In this document: positions 20,089 through 29,520 of the stretch, piece by piece | Position numbering within the stretch: position 1 is the first letter of the stretch | Layout of the letters: the number at the start of each line of letters is the position of its first letter | Assembly (NCBI GenBank): GCA_030599585.1 | Contig: JAUVNS010000008.1 | Location: forward strand, 175,285 to 239,284 | DNA: 64,000 nt | From: Promethearchaeota archaeon | Lineage (GTDB): Archaea; Asgardarchaeota; Lokiarchaeia; Sigyniarchaeales; SOKP01 | Direction: 5' to 3' | Program-made: the position numbers and the translations under genes | Notes under the pieces: generated by a model | Told to the model about the DNA's origin: nothing | Databases searched by the model: none | The model's input: the letters and a program-made list of their open reading frames with translations, nothing else

Positions 20089-20709
20089 TTAAATTTTCTG
20101 GCCTAATATTGCACGATGGTTAGTTTCATCGATGTATAATTCCGATAAATCAAAAGCGCTAAAAACCCTTTTAACTTCTGCGACAGTAAAAAAATGATGG
20201 GGAAGTCCCTTCTCTTGACCTACTAAAGGAATATATGTTCTTTTCTCAACTTTTCGCATATTTTTCATCTTAAGGTAAAAACCTTGAAGTAAAGGGAATG
20301 TAAGAAATATGAAGCCTTCTGGTTTTAAGGTGCGTCTTATTTCATTAACAGTAAACACAATATCTTTCATTAAATTGTGGTGAATTACTTGAATTGAGAT
20401 AATAGCATCAAAAAAACCATCTTTATAGGGAAAATTTTGCTCAATTTTTTGACAAGTTAATTCTGAAGCTAATTTCTCTTCATTTAACCAATTTTTTGCG
20501 ATTTCCAAACCATTCGGAGACCCGTCAAGACCATAAACTTCGAATCTTTTTTTCAAAAAAAACAAAAGATGCCTTCCAGTTCCGCAGCCTAGGTCTAAAA
20601 TTCGCCGAACCCCTTTTTCACTGAATAAGTTCGCTAACCTCTCCATATCTGGGTGTGGGGTAGTAAAATATTTACCCTTTTCAGCAAAAACATCGTCCCA
20701 GTCAGGCAT
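20089..20709 (-). CDS. Class I SAM-dependent methyltransferase
   Basis: ILDLGCGTGRH, GLDGS, FDAIISIQVIHH, LKPEG. Confidence 0.9.
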   Translation of the reverse strand: MPDWDDVFAEKGKYFTTPHPDMERLANLFSEKGVRRILDLGCGTGRHLLFFLKKRFEVYGLDGSPNGLEIAKNWLNEEKLASELTCQKIEQNFPYKDGFFDAIISIQVIHHNLMKDIVFTVNEIRRTLKPEGFIFLTFPLLQGFYLKMKNMRKVEKRTYIPLVGQEKGLPHHFFTVAEVKRVFSAFDLSELYIDETNHRAILGQKI

Positions 20710-20736
20710 AATACTATTTAAGTCAATAAACTCAAT

Positions 20737-21696
20737 TCAATGATCACATTCGTAGAAATAATGACCGAATTTCTCTTTAAAGGCTTCTGCGACTTCATTG
20801 GTTTTTGGACGAATAAATGCGTAACCATCTTTAATTGTTTCATAGGTAACGGGTAATGAACCTAACACTTCACCGTCAACTTGGCAAAGATAAGGATCAT
20901 CTTCTGATTTCAGCATTTCAATTCGTACTTTTTTACTCTGATACTCAAAAACATCAGGATGTGGTAATAACGAGGCACTATACATTCTTTTAAATTGAAA
21001 TAGCAATTTAAACTTACCAATATCAACAACGCTAATATCAAATAATCCATCTTCTACACTTGCCTTTTGACACACGTACATTCCTCCTCCGTATGCCCCT
21101 CCATTTCCTACCGCGGTTAAATTAGCCCTTCCTTCGTAAGTTTCATTATCCATTACAACTCTTATTTCTCTGCTTTTCCATTTGAACAGTGTCTTAATAA
21201 CGATAGAATTGTAGTTTTTTTCTTGGTTCTCGTTTGCCCTTTTCGCAACCTCTGCATCGAAGCCTTGTGATCCAATACCCAAAAAGTATCGTTCAACACC
21301 TTGATCTGTTTTAGCAAATCCTATATCTGATTTACCTGAATAACCTTCTGCGATAATTTCGCAAGCTCTTTTTATGTCAGGAGTTATCCCGATAACTGCG
21401 GGAATGTCATTTCCTGAACCCATAGGAATGAACCCACATAAAGCTCCAGATTTTGAACTAATGACGCCGTGTAAAACTTCATTACATGTGCCATCACCTC
21501 CCGCACCGATAACTTTATGTCCTTCTTTAGCTAATTTACTCGCTAATTCAATAGCGTGTCCAGCATACTCCGACTTGAATAATTCATATGACTGCTTAAG
21601 ATCGTCTAAACATTTTTTTGCGTATTCTATATCCTGTGCTGCCTGTTTCGACCCCCCAGCAATGGGATTATAGATAATCGCTAATTCTTTTTCCAT
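20737..21696 (-). CDS. Diacylglycerol/sphingosine kinase-family lipid kinase (YegS/DgkB-like)
   Basis: IYNPIAG, GAGGDGTCNEV, IPMGSGND, GFDAEV, GNGGAYGGG, QVDGE. Confidence 0.92.
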   Translation of the reverse strand: MEKELAIIYNPIAGGSKQAAQDIEYAKKCLDDLKQSYELFKSEYAGHAIELASKLAKEGHKVIGAGGDGTCNEVLHGVISSKSGALCGFIPMGSGNDIPAVIGITPDIKRACEIIAEGYSGKSDIGFAKTDQGVERYFLGIGSQGFDAEVAKRANENQEKNYNSIVIKTLFKWKSREIRVVMDNETYEGRANLTAVGNGGAYGGGMYVCQKASVEDGLFDISVVDIGKFKLLFQFKRMYSASLLPHPDVFEYQSKKVRIEMLKSEDDPYLCQVDGEVLGSLPVTYETIKDGYAFIRPKTNEVAEAFKEKFGHYFYECDH

Positions 21697-21873
21697 AATT
21701 TATTCACGCAATTAATCTTTGATACATTATATTCATTAAAATTCTATAGTATAATTTTAAATCTACAACTATATAAAAATTATAGTTTTGAGATAATCTA
21801 AAAATAGAATAGCATTTTGTTAAAAATCGAGATTTAACATTGAGTTATTAAGAGGATTGTTAATATTCTGATA

Positions 21874-22386
21874 TTATTTCTCTTTCCAAACGCATGAACA
21901 GCCAGAACAAATATATTTCTTTCCATAAATCCTTGGATAGTCGCAGATGATATCGTTCTTATCAATTAATTCGTGTATTTTATACCAATTTTTATCATCG
22001 CATATGGGACACAGCCGACGGCCTTGAGGTTTTGGGATCGTTAAGATTTCTTCGGATCGTCCAAAAAGACCTTCATTTTTTATAGAATTAAGCATGATAT
22101 TTTTTTTAATGAAACTTATTTGAGGAGCTTCAGAATAGTCCGTTTCTGAAGATTTGTGAGGTGTTTCAATAATTTTGGATCCAAATTTTTTTGTTTCGAG
22201 AATTTTTATGTAACTTGAAACTATCGGATTAATTTCACTCTTTTTAGGTAATCTTTCATATTCGCTAATGAAATTGTCTATAAAACTTTCGACATAATCT
22301 TTTTCAATGCTTAAACCTTTTTCTTCAACTTCTTTAATAATGTCTCCAATGATATAATCTTTTAAGATCGGATCTTCCATAATCAT
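21874..22386 (-). CDS. Hypothetical protein with C-terminal Zn ribbon
   Basis: RRLCPIC...YGKKYICSGCSCVW; GGTGAGG RBS upstream. Confidence 0.75.
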   Translation of the reverse strand: MIMEDPILKDYIIGDIIKEVEEKGLSIEKDYVESFIDNFISEYERLPKKSEINPIVSSYIKILETKKFGSKIIETPHKSSETDYSEAPQISFIKKNIMLNSIKNEGLFGRSEEILTIPKPQGRRLCPICDDKNWYKIHELIDKNDIICDYPRIYGKKYICSGCSCVWKEK

Positions 22387-22634
22387 TTACGAACGCCTCA
22401 CCCTGATGAGATCACTTCAAATATGATGACCTCATTAAATCAGTAATTCTAGATTAAGATTTTATGATATAAAATACTATCTCAAAAGGGACTGGCATTT
22501 AAATATCTCAACTGTAGACACCTTCTTTTATCAGAATATGCTAAATCTTTAAGGGGCTTAGAACAAAATTTATATTAACATCTTTATTTAATTAGACAAG
22601 AGCAAGAGGAAATGTTAAAAATATAAAAAAAAAA

Positions 22635-23258
22635 ATGAAGAACGCAACAGAGAAAGAAAAAAAGCCCGTTTCTAGAAAGAAAATTATCATTGCGGTTGTA
22701 ATGATTAGTATTGCGTTCTTTGGATCTTTCTTAGTGTATTTTATCCTTCAAGTTTCATTCAACACAGAATCCCCTATAGTAGTCGTAGTCAGTGGCTCAA
22801 TGGAACCTCAAATACATAAAGGTGACTTGTTGTTTGTAATGGGACGCGAACCAGAAAATATTAAAAACGGAACTATTATAGATAAAGATGGAGATATAAT
22901 TGTATTCAACGCTCAGGGATTGTGGCCCTCAGCTCCTATCGAACCAATAGTCCACCGAGTGATTGATAAATACCAAGTAGGCGACACATGGTACTTCAGA
23001 ACTAAAGGTGACGCTAACTCGATTCCTGACGCAGCCCCAATTCCCGAATCTCGTGTTATCGGTGTTGTAGTCGGAGGTATTCCCTACATAGGCTGGGTGA
23101 AAATATTCCTTACAGAATCTGGCTTATTAATCCCTTTATTAGTTATTATATCGGTGCTTCTTATTGTCAGCATAGTGAGAGATATATATAAAGGCGATGA
23201 CGATGAACAGGATGAAAATAATAAAGATGAGCTCGAAAATGCTGAAGAAGAGCGTTAA
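22635..23258 (+). CDS. sec11: Signal peptidase I, Sec11/S26B type
   Basis: PIVVVVSGSMEP, GDLLF, PIVHRV (Ser-His), TKGDAN...D, IPYIGWVKI. Confidence 0.93.
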   Translation: MKNATEKEKKPVSRKKIIIAVVMISIAFFGSFLVYFILQVSFNTESPIVVVVSGSMEPQIHKGDLLFVMGREPENIKNGTIIDKDGDIIVFNAQGLWPSAPIEPIVHRVIDKYQVGDTWYFRTKGDANSIPDAAPIPESRVIGVVVGGIPYIGWVKIFLTESGLLIPLLVIISVLLIVSIVRDIYKGDDDEQDENNKDELENAEEER

Positions 23259-23414
23259 TATCTGAGTTAAGTGAAAAAACACTCTCATTTTTAATGTTGA
23301 ATTATCACAATCTTTGGACTGAAATCTCAAACTTTTGTCTTATAAATTAAACTTTAATATTGATTTAAAGTTAATAGTAAACATCAATAAAATTTTGATA
23401 AATTGATGATATAA

Positions 23415-23642
23415 ATGGCATGGACACCACCTACGAAATTTACAGTGCTCTTCAGCTTTTTACTCTTAGCAGGGGGATTGTTCATATTAGTTGAACAATA
23501 CTTTGCGCTTGCTGGCGGCATCCTACCGCCCTTAACTTTCGGAACATTCACTTCTGATCAGTGGTGGGGCATTTTTGGGATGGGATTAGTTTTTCTCGCT
23601 TGGTTCCTGATGTTTCTAGGAGTAAGATTAAAAGGTTTATAA
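23415..23642 (+). CDS. Small 2-TM membrane protein
   Basis: 75-aa ORF with two clear hydrophobic helices, followed by a T-tract. Confidence 0.7.
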   Translation: MAWTPPTKFTVLFSFLLLAGGLFILVEQYFALAGGILPPLTFGTFTSDQWWGIFGMGLVFLAWFLMFLGVRLKGL

Positions 23643-23823
23643 TTAAAATCAACTTTTTTTTTTAAAAATTCTTTATTAACCAATGTTAGGTTTCAGCACT
23701 GGTCGTATTATTAAGACTCTGAGAATTCAGTTGTTAGAAGTAAGGTTATAGATGATATTATTCGAATGAATATATATTAATAAGACAATAAGATTTTTAT
23801 GAAAAAAACAATTAAAAACAAAT

Positions 23824-23856
23824 GTAATAAAATTCGTAATAAAATTCGTAATAAAA
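23824..23856 (+). repeat. Short tandem repeat (GTAATAAAATTC x about 2.7) upstream of alba
   Basis: gtaataaaattc gtaataaaattc gtaataaaa read directly. Confidence 0.8.
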
Positions 23857-23936
23857 ATCTTACGAGAGAACAATAATACAGTATACAAAAAATACAAAAT
23901 TAAAACAATACAAAACAAAACTTAGAGGTAAATAAT

Positions 23937-24236
23937 ATGTCAAAAGAAGCAAAACCTAGAGAACGTGAACAAAATTCTGTATTTGTCGGGCGCAGACCTA
24001 CCATGAATTATGTAATGGCTACAATGATGATCCTTAATACGGGTGAAGATTGTACCGTGAAGGCCAGAGGTAGAGCTATTTCCCACGCGGTTGATGTGTG
24101 CGAAATTTTAAGGAACCGATTCTTAAAAGGAACTGAATACAAAGACATTAGGCTTTCCACAGAACAATTGGAAGGAGAGAATGGTCAATCAAACAACGTT
24201 TCTAGCATTGAAATTGTACTTGCTCCACCAAAGTAA
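23937..24236 (+). CDS. albA: DNA/RNA-binding protein Alba
   Basis: VFVGRRPTMNYVMA, VKARGRAISHAVDVCEI.RNRF, NVSSIEIVL; GAGGT RBS. Confidence 0.97.
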   Translation: MSKEAKPREREQNSVFVGRRPTMNYVMATMMILNTGEDCTVKARGRAISHAVDVCEILRNRFLKGTEYKDIRLSTEQLEGENGQSNNVSSIEIVLAPPK

Positions 24237-24238
24237 AT

Positions 24239-24303
24239 AGTGGGTTTATAATCTAAACTCACTTCGCTAAAACAAAAAAACTCTCTTTTTTTTATTTATT
24301 TTA
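24239..24303 (+). terminator. Hairpin plus T-tract after alba
   Basis: AGTGGGTTTA-taatc-TAAACTCACT (10 bp, one G-U) followed by a long T-rich run. Confidence 0.55.
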
Positions 24304-24566
24304 CATTAATTTTTTCATAAGATAATTTAATTGGTTAAGATCACTGAATTTTATGGTTCAAGAGTAATTTTAGAATCAAATTAATACTCTTATTTTGTGA
24401 TTCAATATGGTCAAATGATGGTAGAATTTGGAGAATTATTAAGGAATGTCAAAACATTTAAAAACTCATATTGTAATACTTTATATTAATAAAAAATCAA
24501 TTTTAATCCGATTTTTTAGGACTTTACTAAAATTTAATCAAAGTATAAGAAGAGGAAGAAAAAATT

Positions 24567-24755
24567 ATGGCTAAGGTTGACACTTTATTTGTAAAATCTA
24601 AAGTTCGAGAGCACATAAAATCTAACAACCTCAATACATCCTCGGGTGTGCTTGATGGTGATACGCTGAATAATTTGATAATTGCGATTCTTGATAATGC
24701 CTGTAGACGCTCTAAAGCGAACGGTCGAAAAACCGTAAAAGCACGGGATCTATAA
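24567..24755 (+). CDS. Short histone-fold protein (alpha3-truncated; Bd0055/face-to-face-like rather than HMf-like)
   Basis: LFVKSKVREHIK..NLNTSS...LDNACRRSKANGRKTVKARDL; the protein ends at the RxTxxxxD motif. Confidence 0.88.
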   Translation: MAKVDTLFVKSKVREHIKSNNLNTSSGVLDGDTLNNLIIAILDNACRRSKANGRKTVKARDL

Positions 24756-24827
24756 ACAAAATTATAATATAAACTACCTTTCTTTTTTTTATTTTTTACC
24801 GAATTAACTTGAGCTCAGAGTAGGATA

Positions 24828-26933
24828 CTATGGGGTCAGTAATGAGTCTATTGCTATATTCTCACGTTTAAATACTGCTGTGCTTATTCCTGTGGTGTGG
24901 TCTTTACTTACGATTATTTTATGCGTATTAATATCTGTCGGGATAGATGTGTGAGTAATTAAGAAAATCTGTGAAAATGTTTTTGATTTTATCAAATGCT
25001 TGAGTATTCGTTCTCGTCGAGTCTCATCAAGTGCTGCTAGTGGCTCATCTAAAAGAAGAATATCAATTTTAGGATTTTTTTTAGGCGAATCTTTTGTGGG
25101 GCGTATTTTACTCATTAATTCGGATATAGCTAATCGTAAGGCAATTCCCAAGGCAGTTTTATCTCCTCCAGAAAGAACTTCTATTGACTCAAGAACACCG
25201 TTGAAATTATCCCTGATTTTTAGCGACAGGCCCGTCTTTTTTGTTCCAGACAAGTCAATAGTTAAATCGCTATATTGACCTGAAGTAAAATCTTTAATAT
25301 ATCTGTTAGTTGTTAATGCGATATTTTTGACTAACCGCTTTACAACCATATATTCTGTGACAAACCTCCTAACTAATTCTTTTGATTTACTGATGTGATC
25401 GATATCAATTTCGAATTCTCCGATTTCTTTTTCCAATTTCTTCATTTGGTTAACCTCACTGCGCAATTCTACAATTTTATTAAGATTTCCTTCGATTTTC
25501 CTTCGATTTTCTTTTGATTCTTTAATAATTGCAGTTAATTCAGTACTGAGTTTTTTCTTCTCAATTGAAAGAGTTTTTATGTTGGCAGGATTTGTATTTG
25601 CAAATTTAGTCTTGTGTTCTGCTAGAAAAAGATTAGTTTCTTCCTTAGCCTTATTAAAATCCAATGCTTTTTTTTGGTAATTCTGATAATCGTTCCTTAA
25701 TCCCTGAATCACGGTAATCTGTTTTTTAACGTAATCAAGTTTGTTTTGTTTTCCATTTATATCTAAATCGAGATTTTCAATAATTTTCGAAATGGATTTA
25801 ACTTTTTCTTGACTTACTTCAATTTCCTTGTTAAAATTATCCACCATTTCATTATAATGCTCTTTTGTAAGCTCATTTTGGCAAGTAGGGCATTGTGCTA
25901 CCTCTGCATTATTCTCGTTCGTAGTAAACAGCAAGCTCTCTTCCATTTTCTTTATTTTTTTTTTACTATCATCAATTCTGCCTTTGGTTTTCCCTAAACC
26001 TTTATAGGTTGCTTCTCTTCTTTTATCCAAAGTTTCTTTTAGCGTTTTGATATCGTTTTCTTCATTAATTAAAAGCGATATTTTTTCATTAATTTTAGAT
26101 AAGGGTTCAAAGTCTTTGATATTTAACTTAGTATTTTTGATTTTTCGTTGAAAATCGTTCTTGTAAGCGAGTGAATTTTCTTCAAGTATTTTTTGCTGGT
26201 CATAAAGACCTCCTAACTTAGAAATCAAGTCATCTGATGGAAAATCAGAAATTTGTTGTTCGTGTTCTTTTTGTAACCTAATATTTTCAGTAAGTTTTTT
26301 TTCCAATTCTACATTTTCGAGCTCTACATCAGTGATATCCTTTTCGATTCGGTCTAGTGGAACTCTTTTCCTTTCCAACTTTTCTTTATTAAATTTAGCA
26401 TTTTTGGATTCTCTATCAAGGAAAGCGAGCGCATCATCGATTATATTGAGCCTGAAAAGATCAATTATCATTTCTCTTAGCTCAGCACCTTTTTTGTTTG
26501 CTAACTCTTCCACCTCTCCTTGTCTTACGAATACTGTATTTAAAGCTTGCTCTGTAGAAATTTCGAAAAAGTTTTCAATATTAAAGGACTTAATTTCACG
26601 ATAAGAAGTTTTAACCCATTCAAACAATTTCGTAGTAGTGGCTCCAGTTCTACCCCATTTACGATAAATATTATATTTTATGTTATCAATAGTAAGATAA
26701 ATAGTTAGTTCGGCTTTCTCTTCTCCATATGTGATAAATGAGGCTGCATTCCTTCCGCGAAATATTTTAGATCCAAAAAAAGCGAATAAAACCCCTTCTA
26801 AAATAGTAGATTTACCATATGAGTTCTTTCCACTAATTAATATTAATCCTTTTGGAAATTGCTTCATCTTTTTTGGAAGAGTTAATTGCTTATATCCCAT
26901 GAAGTTTTTAAAAATGAGATTCGTAATATGCAT
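24828..26933 (-). CDS. rad50: Rad50/SbcC SMC-family ATPase
   Basis: Walker A GKNSYGKST, Q-loop VRQGE, central Zn hook CPTC, signature LSGGDK, Walker B/D-loop LLLDEPLAALD, ITH. Confidence 0.93.
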   Translation of the reverse strand: MHITNLIFKNFMGYKQLTLPKKMKQFPKGLILISGKNSYGKSTILEGVLFAFFGSKIFRGRNAASFITYGEEKAELTIYLTIDNIKYNIYRKWGRTGATTTKLFEWVKTSYREIKSFNIENFFEISTEQALNTVFVRQGEVEELANKKGAELREMIIDLFRLNIIDDALAFLDRESKNAKFNKEKLERKRVPLDRIEKDITDVELENVELEKKLTENIRLQKEHEQQISDFPSDDLISKLGGLYDQQKILEENSLAYKNDFQRKIKNTKLNIKDFEPLSKINEKISLLINEENDIKTLKETLDKRREATYKGLGKTKGRIDDSKKKIKKMEESLLFTTNENNAEVAQCPTCQNELTKEHYNEMVDNFNKEIEVSQEKVKSISKIIENLDLDINGKQNKLDYVKKQITVIQGLRNDYQNYQKKALDFNKAKEETNLFLAEHKTKFANTNPANIKTLSIEKKKLSTELTAIIKESKENRRKIEGNLNKIVELRSEVNQMKKLEKEIGEFEIDIDHISKSKELVRRFVTEYMVVKRLVKNIALTTNRYIKDFTSGQYSDLTIDLSGTKKTGLSLKIRDNFNGVLESIEVLSGGDKTALGIALRLAISELMSKIRPTKDSPKKNPKIDILLLDEPLAALDETRRERILKHLIKSKTFSQIFLITHTSIPTDINTHKIIVSKDHTTGISTAVFKRENIAIDSLLTP

Positions 26934-26935
26934 CT

Positions 26936-28246
26936 TTATACCTCCTTCTCCTTTTCCATGTATTTTAATGCATTTTTAAGAGCTCTCATCCCCAATTGGC
27001 TAAGTTTATCCACATTAAAATGGGATTTATCTTCAGTTAACTTCTCTAGAACAAAAGATTTAAATTCTTCATCCGGATGTTCTAATATATAATCTTGAAT
27101 TATCCCAGCACTTATATCATCCTCAAAAGATTCAGACATATCAACAATCTTCCAAATTATCTGCAAGATATTGAATTTATCAGATTGAGAAAAGCAATCT
27201 CTCCGTATTCGGGACATCATTTCGTTTATTTGCCAATTTTTTTCTGTTGTTATTTCTCCAGTAAAATTGAATTTTAATCTCGCTGCAGTTTTTGGGTTAA
27301 AACCTTCATCTGAGATAAATAGCTTCAATTCATTGTTGATTAGGTGTTCTAAATCGGAGGGGGATTGATCCGGATTAGCTGTAATTTGTAAGAGTTTGAA
27401 GGATCTTTGTAACAGTTTATCTGTAAAGACTCGCTCTACATTTAACAATTTAGTGTCGGTATTTACATCTACTATTAAATAACCTTGGTTTTCATTAATT
27501 TCTTTAAAATTCATTGGAAGCAAGCTTCCTGAGTAATAATGATTTTTCGATAATTTTTTTAATCCATGTTCGTGCCCTAAAGCAACATAATCGTAATCAA
27601 AATCATTAGAATTAATTTTGCGATGTAATGTGTAATCACCAGCAGAACCGTGTGCAACTGCAATATTAATTTTTCCCTCGTTTCCAATAGGGTGTTGATT
27701 TTCTATCCAATTATCATAAGCCGCTTCATAGACTTCGTAATCTTGAAATTCAAAATATGGAAATAAATAGAAGCGCACATTTTTTGCTGGAAAATCCAAC
27801 TTTAATGGCTCATTATTTTTGATCGCCGTCAATAGGTCTCTTTGTTTATAATAATGAAGATTTGAATATCTTTCGACTTGAATGTGTGATTCAAAAGGTG
27901 TATATTCATATCCTCTGAAGATCCCGTGATTCCCTTCAACATATATGAAAGGGATTTGATTATGTGTGTTATCAAAGAAGATATCTAAACCTTCTTTAAA
28001 TGCTCTCCTCGCAGGTTCTGGTGGGGGATACGAACTATATTTAGACGGATGGTGAAACATATCGCCACAATGAACAACATAATCTAAATTCTTGATTAGG
28101 GATATGTCTGTCATGACTTTTAAAAATAAATCGTAAATCTCTTGTTCGTAAGGTTTTGAGTAGTTTTGAATCGCCCACTTGTTTATAACGCCTCTTCTCG
28201 TTCGATAACCTAAATGAGAATCTGATATTTGTACAATTTTTACCAT
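26936..28246 (-). CDS. mre11: Mre11/SbcD nuclease
   Basis: SDSHLG, CGDMFH, EGNH, AHG, YVALGHEH, YSGS; ends 2 bp before rad50. Confidence 0.93.
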   Translation of the reverse strand: MVKIVQISDSHLGYRTRRGVINKWAIQNYSKPYEQEIYDLFLKVMTDISLIKNLDYVVHCGDMFHHPSKYSSYPPPEPARRAFKEGLDIFFDNTHNQIPFIYVEGNHGIFRGYEYTPFESHIQVERYSNLHYYKQRDLLTAIKNNEPLKLDFPAKNVRFYLFPYFEFQDYEVYEAAYDNWIENQHPIGNEGKINIAVAHGSAGDYTLHRKINSNDFDYDYVALGHEHGLKKLSKNHYYSGSLLPMNFKEINENQGYLIVDVNTDTKLLNVERVFTDKLLQRSFKLLQITANPDQSPSDLEHLINNELKLFISDEGFNPKTAARLKFNFTGEITTEKNWQINEMMSRIRRDCFSQSDKFNILQIIWKIVDMSESFEDDISAGIIQDYILEHPDEEFKSFVLEKLTEDKSHFNVDKLSQLGMRALKNALKYMEKEKEV

Positions 28247-28286
28247 ATGCAATCCTTATCTTTTTTTCATGTAAAATAAATAAACA

Positions 28287-29468
28287 TTATACCCCTAATA
28301 CTTTATGTCTCCATTTTTGAGAATACTTTTTTGTTTTTGGGTCGTATTGTAATTCTAAGAACGCAGCTTCTAACTTATTAAATTCTGACGTTAATAAAGT
28401 ACTTGCTTCATGAGCTCCTACAAGACAAAGGGGATAACCACGAGGGGCAAATGGAATTAGATTTTTGATAATATATAAAGCATCCTTCGTGTCTAAATCG
28501 TCGCAAATGTCAAACCTCAAAGCAGAACTATCCTGTTGCAGTCTCGTTAAATACGCTCTACTTTTTGTGTACATTGAAAGATCTGGCATATCCACAAGAA
28601 AATTCTTATTCTCATATATTTCTGACCAAATTGGCAGCAAAAAATTCCCCTGAGCATCTCTTAACCGGCAAGTCTTTGAAAAACTATAGTATTTTATCTT
28701 GTATAATTGAATAAATCTATAAAAAAATTCAGTAAAAGCGGTTGGAGGGAAAATATGCTGGCGAAACATTTGAATTCCATCTCCAAGGAAGACTACATTT
28801 TCGTTTTTGCCCCAGTTGCTTATTTCCTTAATTCTGATTAGTGATTTTAGTATCTCATCAGCAGTTCTTATTCTATCAACAACATGTCCTAATGTTGGAT
28901 AATAGAAAGCGTGAGAGTTAATGTGATCATCTATTTTTTTTTTATAAGTTGATTCGAACCATTCTTCGAGTTTATCAACTTTATCTTTTAATTTACCTAC
29001 ATAGAATTCTCGTTTAATGGTTTTTACAAAATTTTCGATTACTGTTTTATAAATAATAAGTTTATGCTCGTTATCTTCTATGTATGTGGTAATAGGTTTA
29101 TACATTATTTTTTCTTTTTGATATTCTCCGTTCTTAAAAGTGAGATGGCATTCTCCAAACTTAAATGATGCAAGTTTTGCATAAGTTCCGCTAAAAGTAT
29201 TTGAGCTCTCATCAAAACCTATAATTTCGTAATTATCGCGTACATAATTCATAGACTCCTTCCCAACTGCGAGATGTGGCATTTCACTAAAGAGTAAATT
29301 AGTGTTTTTCAAACTCTCATCATTGTCAAATTTATCAGTCTCGAGCTCGATCTTCTCTTCTTCAGTCCACTTAGCTCTTCTTTCCTGAATATATTCTTTG
29401 AATTTTTGAACATCTTCGTCAATAGATATTTCAGGTCTTTTTTCAAATGACTTCTCTAATGAGATCAA
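28287..29468 (-). CDS. nurA: NurA-family 5'-3' nuclease (divergent; possible ATT start at 29486)
   Basis: IIGFDES, FLGDG, SFSKT, GYPLCLVGAHEAS (NurA GYPxxLxxAH); located between herA and mre11. Confidence 0.8.
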   Translation of the reverse strand: MISLEKSFEKRPEISIDEDVQKFKEYIQERRAKWTEEEKIELETDKFDNDESLKNTNLLFSEMPHLAVGKESMNYVRDNYEIIGFDESSNTFSGTYAKLASFKFGECHLTFKNGEYQKEKIMYKPITTYIEDNEHKLIIYKTVIENFVKTIKREFYVGKLKDKVDKLEEWFESTYKKKIDDHINSHAFYYPTLGHVVDRIRTADEILKSLIRIKEISNWGKNENVVFLGDGIQMFRQHIFPPTAFTEFFYRFIQLYKIKYYSFSKTCRLRDAQGNFLLPIWSEIYENKNFLVDMPDLSMYTKSRAYLTRLQQDSSALRFDICDDLDTKDALYIIKNLIPFAPRGYPLCLVGAHEASTLLTSEFNKLEAAFLELQYDPKTKKYSQKWRHKVLGV

Positions 29469-29520
29469 TTCGAAATTAAAAGAAATTTTTTATCACCTTA
29501 GTTTTTTTTATCTCTTATAT

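Noticed and set aside
22402-22445. Hammerhead ribozyme or C/D box sRNA suggested by CTGATGAG and ATGATGA
   Set aside because: No GAAA core after stem II and no correctly placed downstream CTGA box D; kept only as a hairpin.
23727-23918. 63-aa minus-strand ORF with ITNF repeats
   Set aside because: It is a translation of the low-complexity tandem repeat upstream of alba, with no independent coding evidence.
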